From an uncultured Gemmatimonadales bacterium (lineage in GTDB: Bacteria; Gemmatimonadota; Gemmatimonadetes; Gemmatimonadales; GWC2-71-9): a stretch of 64,000 bases of DNA. The position numbers and the translations under genes are program-made. Location: contig CAVZZO010000003.1 of the NCBI GenBank assembly GCA_963779755.1, positions 800,001-864,000 on the forward strand, in the 5' to 3' direction. The notes beneath the pieces are model-generated. The model was not told the origin of the DNA. It worked only from the letters and a program-made list of their open reading frames with translations, and did no database searches. The stretch's first letter is position 1. Each line of letters starts with the position of its first letter. Shown here piece by piece: positions 32,433 to 43,273 of this stretch.

Positions 32433-34832
32433 ATGCTGTTTCGCTCTGTGGTCCTTTGCATAGTACTGCCGCTGGCCTGGAGATCTGTCGCCACGGCTCA
32501 AGGCCAGGCTCATCTGACCGGAGACGTGCTCGAGATGCTCCGCGCCTATGGCAAGCAGACGCCTGAGCAGGTGACCACTCTCGCAGATTCTCTCGCCTTG
32601 AAGGAGCGCAATACTCTCACGAGGGGCGTGCTTCTTTTTCGCTGTGCGCAGTTGACCGGGCGGATAGCTGAGTATGAGCGTGCCCTTACGGTCCTACACC
32701 ACGCCGTTTCCGGGGACTCAGGCAACGCCCAGACGTGGTTTGCCGTGGCGCTCGTACGGCAGGCAATGGGTGACTCGGGCTTTCTGGCACGCCCAGGGCC
32801 ATTGCAGCCCGTTGGGGCCAGCTGGCACGATGGAGCGGCGTACGCCTACCTGAAGGCACTGGAAGAGCAGCCTGACTTGGAGGCCGCGGCCGATTCGTTA
32901 GCCGCTTTGCGGGATCGGGTGAGGTTACACCTTGACAGCAAAGATATCGTGCGCGGGCTGATATCGGCGGCGGCTCTTGAGGCCGCGAACCCGTCGCCGG
33001 GCCTGCTCCTGTCGATAGCCAGGGTCGAGGCCAGACTTGGCCAACTCGCGGAGGCGCAGGAAACCTACCGGCGTTTCCTCCGGGCTGGAGGTGACACAAT
33101 CCCCTTCACCCCGAACATCAGAGATGCCGACGACAGTAAGCGCCTCGCGATCTTCAGGGCCGATACAACGACTCATCCTCTTCCCGAGGTCCTCTACAGG
33201 CGTCTTCGCCTGGAAACCGATCTCAGGAACGAGGATTCAGCGCAGGCTGTCCTGAAGCGATACCTGGCGATGACCGCCGATACTGGCGTGGGGCTGTTCT
33301 TCCGCAGCCGCCTGGCCTGCCTTCTAGGAGACAGTTCCAGCATCGTTCCTTACTACTTCGCTGGTGCCGCACATATACGCAGCGAATGGGCACGCAGTCT
33401 CTATCGCGAGGACATCAGCTGGATCGCCGACCCCGCAGAGCTTTCGGCCTTTGACGGGACTCCCGCGGACGGCCTCTCGTCCTGGCTCCAGAGGTTCTGG
33501 AATCGGCGAGACGTTGCTGATGCCCAATCCCCAGGCAGCCGCTTGCGAGAGCATTGCCGAAGATACTTTTACTCGATGGAGCACTACCGGCGCTCCCCCA
33601 GGTCACGCACCCCAGCATGGTGGACTGTTCAGGGTAGAGCACTAGGCGAGGATACTAGCTCGGACGCTCCCATCGATGATCCGGCTCTCGCTGACCACTT
33701 GCCGAAGACGCTTCAATCAGCCGGCCCCCTGGTTGATGACCGTGGACTCGTGTATATGCGCCACGGTCAGCCGGATCAGATCCAGATTGAAGTTGTGGAC
33801 CACCTGACCGCAACCGGCATCGGGGGGGCCGTCGTCTGGCGCTATTTCCGCCCGACTGGGGATCTTATTCTGCAATTTGCGGATGTGCCATTCGATGGCA
33901 GCGCTGAGGCGACAGCTCTTTCACCCCTGATCGTCGCGCCCCATTCCCTTTGCGCCATGACCGGGGGCCTCGCCTGCAAGCTCACCTTGCCACGAGGCTC
34001 TCGCATTACAGCAAGCGACCTGAGCAGGGTTCGTCGGAAACTGTTGCAGAGTATCACCACTGCTCTCACGTCAGACGACCTCCGGCCGCACTTCGAGAAG
34101 AATGCTGCACCAGTCTTGGAGATCTATGGCGTTGGAGGAGACAGTTCAGGCGGCAGACTTCTTGCCGTCTTTGCAATGCCCGCGAAGGCGATTGTCCCCT
34201 CCAAGGTACCAGATGGCTATCTCTATCCGCTGAGGATCCGCCTTACCGGAGCCTCGCCCGACGGAAGCAACCTGACCAGCATCGATACGACAAGGTTCTA
34301 CTTCGTCTCGGCACCGTTGAAAGAGGACCAATACCTCTCCGGCTATCTCGAACTATCGGTATCGGCGGGGAGGTACAACACCTCATTGACCTTGTCTGAT
34401 TCGCTGGGGAGAGTCGGGAGGGCGGTCACCTATGACGGCGTATCCGTTCCTAATCTGACAACCAAAGAGATCGTCATGAGTGATCTGATCCTGGGCCTGG
34501 CCCCGCCACCGCTCTTCTGGTCTTACGAAAAGCAGCGCATCCCCCTGAACCCGCTGAATGCCTGGCCTGTTCACGGGGTGTTGGAACTCTTCTACGAGGT
34601 GGGAGGGCTAGTAGTCGGGCAGGGTTACACTACGGCAATCGAGATCCGGAAGGAAGGGCGCCCTCGTATCAGGGTCGAGTTCACCGAAGAGGCGGCAGCA
34701 GACCGGCAAGTCTTCCGCAGGACCATCAAGCTGGGGGACCTCTCGAAAGGCGATTACATGCTCGTAGTGACACTGAAGGATGAGAGACACCGTGAGGTGT
34801 CTAGCCGGGAACAACAGGTACACGTTCGGTAG
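32433..34832 (+). CDS. Exported TPR + GWxTD-like domain protein 3 (divergent paralog)
   Basis: Signal peptide ATA-Q; PGPLQPVGASW, WIADPAEL, WLQRFWNRRD, LREHCRRY, DDRGLVYMRHGQPD, MSDLILG, PLNPLNA. Confidence 0.85.
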   Translation: MLFRSVVLCIVLPLAWRSVATAQGQAHLTGDVLEMLRAYGKQTPEQVTTLADSLALKERNTLTRGVLLFRCAQLTGRIAEYERALTVLHHAVSGDSGNAQTWFAVALVRQAMGDSGFLARPGPLQPVGASWHDGAAYAYLKALEEQPDLEAAADSLAALRDRVRLHLDSKDIVRGLISAAALEAANPSPGLLLSIARVEARLGQLAEAQETYRRFLRAGGDTIPFTPNIRDADDSKRLAIFRADTTTHPLPEVLYRRLRLETDLRNEDSAQAVLKRYLAMTADTGVGLFFRSRLACLLGDSSSIVPYYFAGAAHIRSEWARSLYREDISWIADPAELSAFDGTPADGLSSWLQRFWNRRDVADAQSPGSRLREHCRRYFYSMEHYRRSPRSRTPAWWTVQGRALGEDTSSDAPIDDPALADHLPKTLQSAGPLVDDRGLVYMRHGQPDQIQIEVVDHLTATGIGGAVVWRYFRPTGDLILQFADVPFDGSAEATALSPLIVAPHSLCAMTGGLACKLTLPRGSRITASDLSRVRRKLLQSITTALTSDDLRPHFEKNAAPVLEIYGVGGDSSGGRLLAVFAMPAKAIVPSKVPDGYLYPLRIRLTGASPDGSNLTSIDTTRFYFVSAPLKEDQYLSGYLELSVSAGRYNTSLTLSDSLGRVGRAVTYDGVSVPNLTTKEIVMSDLILGLAPPPLFWSYEKQRIPLNPLNAWPVHGVLELFYEVGGLVVGQGYTTAIEIRKEGRPRIRVEFTEEAAADRQVFRRTIKLGDLSKGDYMLVVTLKDERHREVSSREQQVHVR

Positions 34833-35002
34833 GACCGACGTACTTCAGCGATCCCGGCTGTTCTCGACAAGCGGCGCGTGTCGGAGAATCGGGGCCATGT
34901 GCGGTCGCAGTCGCGGCAGAGTGGCACGCCGCGCTTGATATGATTACGCAGGATGCCTCTTGTTCTACTACAGATAAGCGCCAGCAGGGAAGGAGGCGCA
35001 AG

Positions 35003-35070
35003 ATGAGCGGGAGTTGTCCGCTCAAGCAAATGCTGGCCTGCTTTTCGCTCAGGTTCCTTCTCTTGCCTGC
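35003..35070 (+). pseudogene. 5' stub of an additional GWxTD-like gene
   Basis: AGGAGG RBS then MSGSCPLKQMLACFSLRFLLLPA, colinear at DNA level with 35411-35478 (LSRGYTLKRLLVRLSLGFLLLVG). Confidence 0.65.
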
Positions 35071-35367
35071 TGGCATTGCGAGAGCGGCATCTGTGGCAAC
35101 GATACGGCGATCTATGGTGCGTGCTGCACCCAGGCGGTGGACGAGGAGCATCCGTACCCCCAGCCGCGCCCATCCTGCGGCAGCACGCAACCCTACTGCG
35201 ATCAGTATCCTCCCCGCTGTACCGCCGGGCCAGAGTGCCGGAATTTATTGGTCCCCTCCTACTGTTACCATGCGAACCCTCTTGAAGCTTGCCTCGAGAA
35301 GGGGGAAGGGAACTACAACTACTGCCGCTTCAGAGTCTGGTATGATTACCCGGAATGCTTCTGCTAA
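35071..35367 (+). pseudogene. Cys-rich lipoprotein 4, 5'-truncated (no signal peptide)
   Basis: WHCESGICGNDTAIYGACCTQAVDEEHPYPQPRPSC...VWYDYPECFC; homology to copy 2 begins abruptly at 35071. Confidence 0.85.
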
Positions 35368-35386
35368 ACCAGGCCTAAGCACCAGC

Positions 35387-37532
35387 ATGAGCAGGGCAGG
35401 ACAACAGCAGCTGAGCCGGGGCTATACGCTCAAGCGACTGCTGGTCCGCCTTTCCCTCGGGTTCCTGCTCTTGGTTGGTAGCTGGGGAGGGCAGCTATCG
35501 GGGCAGGCCATCCCATCCCCGGACGGCTTGGGACAAACCCAATCAACACAGGAGAAAGCCAGGCTCCGCAGAGCAGCTGATTCGCTTCGCCAGGCCTTGG
35601 CTAGTTCCGCGCGGGTGTTGGAGCACGACCCGGACAATGCTGAGGCCTGGCTTCTTTTAGGTGTTCGCCGCCTGGCACTTGCGCGCCTCAGGGGCCCACG
35701 CGATACCCGGCCCTCTCCAGCCGGTCGGATCAAGCTATGCCAGAGGGGCTGCCGAAGCGTTCTTGCACACGCTGGAACTGGATTCGACCCAAAGTGAAGC
35801 GGCGCTCAACCTCCCGCTAGCGCTCGACTTGCTTCCTGCCTGGGTACCGTATGCCCGGGCACGGGATGCGCTTCGTCGGACCGCGGGAACGGAATCGGAT
35901 CACATCCCTTCGGTGCTGCTTGCCCGGGCGGGATACGAGCGGGAGACTGGGGCGCGTGATTCGACCATCGCTCTCCTCCTGCGGTACCTGAAGAACGGCG
36001 GAGACTCGGCAGTGGGAGAGCTGGAGCTCGCCCGGGAGTACTACGCCAGGGCCGATAGCGCGGAAGGCGCTGCGGCATATACACGTGGGGCTCATTTAGC
36101 GGGACGAACCCCGGAAGGCCGGGAGGCGTACCGAGCGCAACTGAGTCTGGTCGCCTCACCGCCTGAACTGGCTCGATTCGACTCTCTTCCGAGCGACTCC
36201 CTTGGCCCCTGGATCGAGCGGTTCTGGTCCCGCCGGGATGCTGAAGCGGGGCGTCCGGAGGGCAGTCGCCTGGCGGAGCACTACCGCCGTTACGAATACG
36301 CGATGAAGAACTTCCGGGCTGTTGTGCGCCGGCCACCCGGCGCACCGACGGTCGATGTCATGACCGCCGATGTAAACACCGGGGCATTGGATTCCATTAC
36401 CGAATCGGATGCACTGAGCCAGATGTTTGGGGACTCCGCTGGCGGGAATACGCTACTGTCGCAGCACCAGCTTCGCGGGGCAAGTGAACTTGACCCCCGA
36501 GGGCCGATCTATATCCGGCATGGCCCCCCGGATGATCGCGCCGGCGCTTGGTGGGCGTACTACCGCGGAGGGGGCAACTTCTATGTTCACGTGGTCCCCC
36601 CGAATGCCATGCTACCAGGCACCCGCTGCGATCTGGACCCCTGGTTCTGCTTTCCACCGACACCGCGACTGATCCAGTTGCAGAATGAGGCGCTGGATCG
36701 AATGGCCGTAAAGGCCCTGCGGACCGACGAATACCGGCCCTCCTACCGCCGCGCCATCCACCCAACGGTCCAGGTGTATGCGGTCCAGGGCCCCCCAGGA
36801 GACGGTGGAGGCCGCCTTCTTGCCGTCTTTGCCGTTCCGCAGGATGGCCTCGCCAAGCCTGATACCGTTAACGGCTTTGCCTATCCCATTCACCTGTATC
36901 TGGTGGCGAGCGCACCCGACGGGAGCCGGCGGGCCGACCTGGACACCCTGCGGACCTTCGTGACACGACAGCCCCTCCAGGGCGACGAGTACCTCACCGG
37001 GGTGCTGGAGTTGCCTGTGCGGCCCGGGCTGGTCAACGTCCGCCTGACCATCGCCCAGCCGGATTCCATCCATGCCCGGCCCGCCGACGCCCGGCCCGAG
37101 GTGACTGGAGACCGCGGCGCGCTAGTGGGGCGGGACAGCGTGCGCATCCCCGATCCCGGACGTTTTTCCCTGAGCGACCCGATCCTGGGCCGGAGCGGCG
37201 CCGGGCTGGTCTGGCATTCCCCCGAGGGGCCCGTCCCCCTCAACCCGCTGGGCGCCTTTCCCACCGGCGCCCGGGCCAGCCTCTACTACGAGGCGGCCGG
37301 GCTCCTTCCGGGAGCCACCTACCGCCAGCAGGTGGCCATTACCCCGGCCAGGGGCAAGGGACCCGGCATGACGCTGAGCTTCTCCGAACCCGCCACGGGA
37401 AGCCGACAGGCGTTCCTCCGGGCGCTCATTCTGAAGGACCTGCGGCCGGGCAGCTACACGCTGACGGTGACGCTGGAGGCGCCGGACGGGGCCCGCATCG
37501 CACGGACTACGCCGCTCAACGTGACGCACTGA
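35387..37532 (+). pseudogene. Exported GWxTD-like domain protein 4, +1 frameshift near 35690
   Basis: Signal-bearing frame (...NAEAWLLLGVRRLALARL) switches to GAHAIPGPLQPVGSSYARG; rest colinear with paralog 2; could be a sequence error. Confidence 0.8.
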
Positions 37533-37642
37533 GCCGGCACCAGGGCCGGATTGCTCGTGAAGACAAAGCCGAAGGCCCCGCCCCCCGGTCAAGAGAGGCG
37601 AGGCCTCGGTTCTCCAGGCGTCGGCAAACGCCCGGTGCCGGC

Positions 37643-37981
37643 TCAGCTGGTGATGCTCTCCAGGGCCCGCCGCGCCTCGCGGGTAGCCCGGTTGAATTTC
37701 TTCTTGGCCTGACGCTGCCGCCGGCGGAACTGGTGACGGGCCGAATCGGTCCACTCAGTCACCTGCTCGCCGGCTTCATCGCGCAGATGGCGCGCCCCTT
37801 CGGCCAGCCTGCGGCGGGTCCGGTCGCCGCTGTCCGGGGCGAACAGCAGGGCCACCACCGCCCCCACCGCCGCGCCCGCCAGCAGCCCGAAGATCAGGTT
37901 CCGGGTGCCGTGGCTTTCTTCTTCCTCAATGTCCAGCTCGTCCTGCTCGTCGTCAGTGCGGTCTTCATGGTCGCGACCCAT
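37643..37981 (-). CDS. YtxH-domain protein
   Basis: FGLLAGAAVGAVVALLFAPDSGDRTRRRL; AAAGGAGG RBS. Confidence 0.88.
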   Translation of the reverse strand: MGRDHEDRTDDEQDELDIEEEESHGTRNLIFGLLAGAAVGAVVALLFAPDSGDRTRRRLAEGARHLRDEAGEQVTEWTDSARHQFRRRQRQAKKKFNRATREARRALESITS

Positions 37982-38117
37982 AGGCCCTCCTTTGGTCTCG
38001 TATGTGGAAGCTAGGCGATCGCCCCCGGGGTGAAAAGCGCCCCGCCGGGCCGCCTCGTAGCGTTCCTGGCGATCCTGGATAACTTTATCTTCATATCTCT
38101 CAATCCTGACCGGGCCT

Positions 38118-38896
38118 ATGACCACCGTCACAACGGGCGCTTCCGAAGAGAGCGAACGGCTCAACGCGAGAATCCACGCGCTGGAACACGAGCGGAAGCA
38201 TCTCCTGGCCATCATCGAGATCCTGCAGGAGATCTCCGGATCCCTCCATTTCACGGACATCGCGCAAACGGTTGCGCGAAGACTCGGTGAGGCCTTCGGG
38301 CTCGACCGCAGCTCGATCTTCCTGGCGGAGCGGGGCGGCCGCACCGTCCGACTGGTGGCGAGCTACGAAGATCCCAGCATCCGCAACTACATAGTGGACC
38401 TGGAGCGATACCCCGAGCTGCGCCGGGCGCTGCACACCGGCCAGACCGTCTTCATCCCCGATGCCGCCACCGATCCCGCGCTACAGCATATCCGCGGGGC
38501 GCTGGCCAACCGGAAGGTGAAATCCATCACGGTAGTGCCCATCACCTGGCGGGGTGTTGCCATCGGGGCTATCTACCTGCGCACCTTCCGCGATGGCCCC
38601 ACGTTCAGCGATTCCGATGTGCGCTTCTGCCAGGTGGTGGCCAGCCTGACGGCCAAAGCGCTGCGCAACGCCCATCGCTTCGAGCGGCTGCAGGAGCGCC
38701 GGGGCGACGCCACGGGCGACCGCATTCGCGAGCGCGAGCGGGTGGCCCTGCTGGGCTTCGTCCGCCGGCTGCTCAACTCCTTCGCCACCAAGGAAGGCCC
38801 CTGGGACGAAGGCCTGCTGGCGCGGGCCAGCGCCGAGGAGATCGACCGCCTGGTCGGGGTGGCGATGGCGGTGATCAGCCAGGAAGCGTCCGGACG

Positions 38897-38900
<4 letters not shown>
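38118..38900 (+). CDS. Stand-alone GAF-domain protein
   Basis: Coiled N-terminus, DRSSIFL, TGQTVFIPDAATDP, SITVVPI...AIGAIYL, FSDSDVRF. Confidence 0.82.
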
Positions 38901-40985
<2,085 letters not shown>

Positions 40986-41013
40986 TTTGAGCCGACCTTC
41001 TCCCCGGCATCTC

Positions 41014-41574
41014 ATGAACGCGAGCAGCCTGCTGGTCACCCATCATTGTGTCGGCCTGAGCCGCCAGGCGCTGCAGCAGCTGCGCGCCAGTCTCGAGCGC
41101 GGGACGGGGGTCCAGAGCGCCGCCTTCCTGCAGGAAGCCGGCTTCGCAGGAGGCGCCTCGGTCTATGCTGCGTTCGAGGAATGGGTCCGGGCGCGTTACG
41201 ATGTCGAACCCGCCGGGCTCGATATCCAGTTCCTGGGCGACGCGCTGGGCGGGTTTTTCCGCGAATTCGGCTGGGGGTCGCTCACGCCCGACCAGCTGGT
41301 CCAGGGCGTCATGTCGCTGGAGTCGTCCGACTGGGCCGAGGCGTCCGAGGACGGCGGCGCCCAGTATCCCTCCTGCCACTTCTCCTGCGGCATGCTGGCC
41401 GATTTCCTGGGCCGGCTCTCCTCCGGCCTGGTGGGCGTCATGGAAGTCGAATGCCGCTCCCGGGGCGACGCGCGCTGCCGCTTCCTCGCCGGCTCACCCG
41501 AAACCATGCACGAGATCTACAGCCGCATGGAGCAGGGCCAGTCCTATCAGCGCGCCCTGGGCCTGGACGCCTGA
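41014..41574 (+). CDS. V4R-domain protein
   Basis: LQEAGFAGG, FGWG, SCHFSCGMLADF, EVECRSRGDARCRF. Confidence 0.85.
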   Translation: MNASSLLVTHHCVGLSRQALQQLRASLERGTGVQSAAFLQEAGFAGGASVYAAFEEWVRARYDVEPAGLDIQFLGDALGGFFREFGWGSLTPDQLVQGVMSLESSDWAEASEDGGAQYPSCHFSCGMLADFLGRLSSGLVGVMEVECRSRGDARCRFLAGSPETMHEIYSRMEQGQSYQRALGLDA

Positions 41575-41595
41575 CCGGCAGCACCCACTTCGGAC

Positions 41596-42009
41596 ATGCG
41601 GCTGCGCTTCCTCCGCGAGCTGGCCGAGCTGGCACTCGGCACCGCGCTCGGGGTCGGTCTGGTCTGGCTGGTCCACCGGCTGTGGCCCGGTCTCTTCGGC
41701 ATCACCCATCTGGCCTATCATCAGTGGCAGGTGCTGGGCGGCGCGGCCGGGTTCCTTGCCGCGGTGGCCTGGAGCACCGGCCGAGTAGAGCGAAGCATCG
41801 ACCATCGTCTCCCCCTGCACCAGCGCCCCCGCCCCTCCTTCCGCAACGGGCGCCCCTTGGGAGTGCTGGGCTGGCGCGCGCGCGATGCCTGGGGTGAATA
41901 CCTGCTGCTGGTGCTGGCGGTGCTGGTGATGGCGGTGATCCTGTGGCTGGTGCGGACGTATTTGCCGGCCGTTCGCCTCACCCCCCGCTCACCGCTACGC
42001 CCTCGATGA
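41596..42009 (+). CDS. Hypothetical membrane protein (3 TM)
   Basis: Three hydrophobic stretches; fills gap after V4R gene. Confidence 0.6.
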   Translation: MRLRFLRELAELALGTALGVGLVWLVHRLWPGLFGITHLAYHQWQVLGGAAGFLAAVAWSTGRVERSIDHRLPLHQRPRPSFRNGRPLGVLGWRARDAWGEYLLLVLAVLVMAVILWLVRTYLPAVRLTPRSPLRPR

Positions 42010-43273
42010 CCATCGCCGGTGCCGCGACACTCCCCATCCACTGCAGATCCTTCCCGACCCCGGTGACGCGGCGCAGCAGCTCGTAGACCGATCCCGCCAC
42101 GGTGGCGCGATGGACTCGCCCCACCACCTCCCCGTTCCGCACCCGGTAGGCCAGGGCGACCGGATGGGAAAAAGCTCCGCCGATCACGTTGCCCTGCCCC
42201 ACACCCAGCAGCGCGTCCACCAGCAATCCATCCGGCATCAGCGCCAGCAGCTCATCCAGGGAGGCGCTGCCCGGTGAGACGACCAGGTTGGACCATGACG
42301 CCTGCGGCTTGCCGAAGGTGGTGCGCCGGCCGTGCCCCGTTGGCGGCACGCCGCCCTGGGCCGCCGTCTCCAGGTCGTAGATGAACTCGCCCACCACCCC
42401 GTGCTCCACCACCGCCAGCGGCCGGCAGGGCGTACCTTCATCATCCACCGGTCGGGACCCGCTGTGCCCGTCCAGCAGGGGCTCATCCCGCAGGGTGAAG
42501 GCGGCATCGAACCGCCGGGCTCCCTGCTGGTCCGCCAGCGGCGAGATCCCCTGCAGCACCGACTTGCCGCGGCAGGCAAGCCGGAAGGGAGCCAGCAGGA
42601 CCGCCGTGCCGGGAGGGGTGAAACAGACCGGGCAGGGCCCGGCCGGCGCCGCCGCCGCCTGCCGGGCCCATTCGAGCCGCCGGGTGGTGCGGGTGACCAG
42701 CGACTCCAGTTCGGGCATCCCGGGCAGATCGGCGCCGGCGATATGGTCGTCCACGATGGTGACATCGTCGCCCACGACGCGGGTCACCTCTACGCCGATG
42801 CTCACGGTGGAGACATCGTATTCGGCGTCGGCCCCGAGGGTATTCGCCGCGCGCACCGAGCCCACCGATCGCTCGAGGACAATGGACACCTGGCGGTTGT
42901 CGGCGCCGAGGCGCTCCTGCAGCATGCGGCCCAGTTGCGCCAGGTCGGCGGCCGAGGCGGCCGCGGCGCGGGGATAATGGGTGAGCACCCGGGGAAGCTG
43001 GGCCGGGCCGGGCAGCCGGAGGGGAATTGCCTCGCCCACCCGGGCGCTGGCGAAGGCCGCGTCCAGCACCGCATCGAGGTCGTCGGTGGTGGTGCCCGCG
43101 AAACCGACCCGGCCGCCGGCCAGCACCCGAAGGTTGATGCCCCGCTCCTCGGCCACCGCGGCCGATTTGAGCCGGCCGGCCTCGAAGCTGAGGGTCAGGG
43201 TCTCGTCCGTCTTGAGGGCGGCATCGGCGGCCTCCGCCCGCCGGCCGGCCTGTTCCAGGAGTTCGATGATCAC
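41978..43273 (-). CDS. pmbA: TldE/PmbA-family protein
   Basis: VDDEGTP, TGHGRR, GVGQGNVIGGAFS; lacks HExxH; coupled to tldD. Confidence 0.88.
   Translation of the reverse strand: MIIELLEQAGRRAEAADAALKTDETLTLSFEAGRLKSAAVAEERGINLRVLAGGRVGFAGTTTDDLDAVLDAAFASARVGEAIPLRLPGPAQLPRVLTHYPRAAAASAADLAQLGRMLQERLGADNRQVSIVLERSVGSVRAANTLGADAEYDVSTVSIGVEVTRVVGDDVTIVDDHIAGADLPGMPELESLVTRTTRRLEWARQAAAAPAGPCPVCFTPPGTAVLLAPFRLACRGKSVLQGISPLADQQGARRFDAAFTLRDEPLLDGHSGSRPVDDEGTPCRPLAVVEHGVVGEFIYDLETAAQGGVPPTGHGRRTTFGKPQASWSNLVVSPGSASLDELLALMPDGLLVDALLGVGQGNVIGGAFSHPVALAYRVRNGEVVGRVHRATVAGSVYELLRRVTGVGKDLQWMGSVAAPAMVIEGVAVSGG

Noticed and set aside
34936..34938. TGA as selenocysteine or recoded codon
   Set aside because: Aligns with Trp of the WYD motif in a decayed fragment; a simple nonsense change is more parsimonious
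23944..35367. Cys-rich genes as classical RiPP precursors (lanthi/sacti/ranthipeptide)
   Set aside because: No radical SAM, LanM/B/C, YcaO or peptidase-ABC transporter nearby; they carry Sec/lipobox signals and neighbour a disulfide oxidoreductase
25484..35367. Diversity-generating retroelement (template/variable repeats)
   Set aside because: No reverse transcriptase in the window; differences between copies include indels and are not visibly adenine-restricted
22177..37642. Integrative element or prophage
   Set aside because: No integrase, tRNA target, att repeats or phage genes seen; only composition and the IS suggest accessory status
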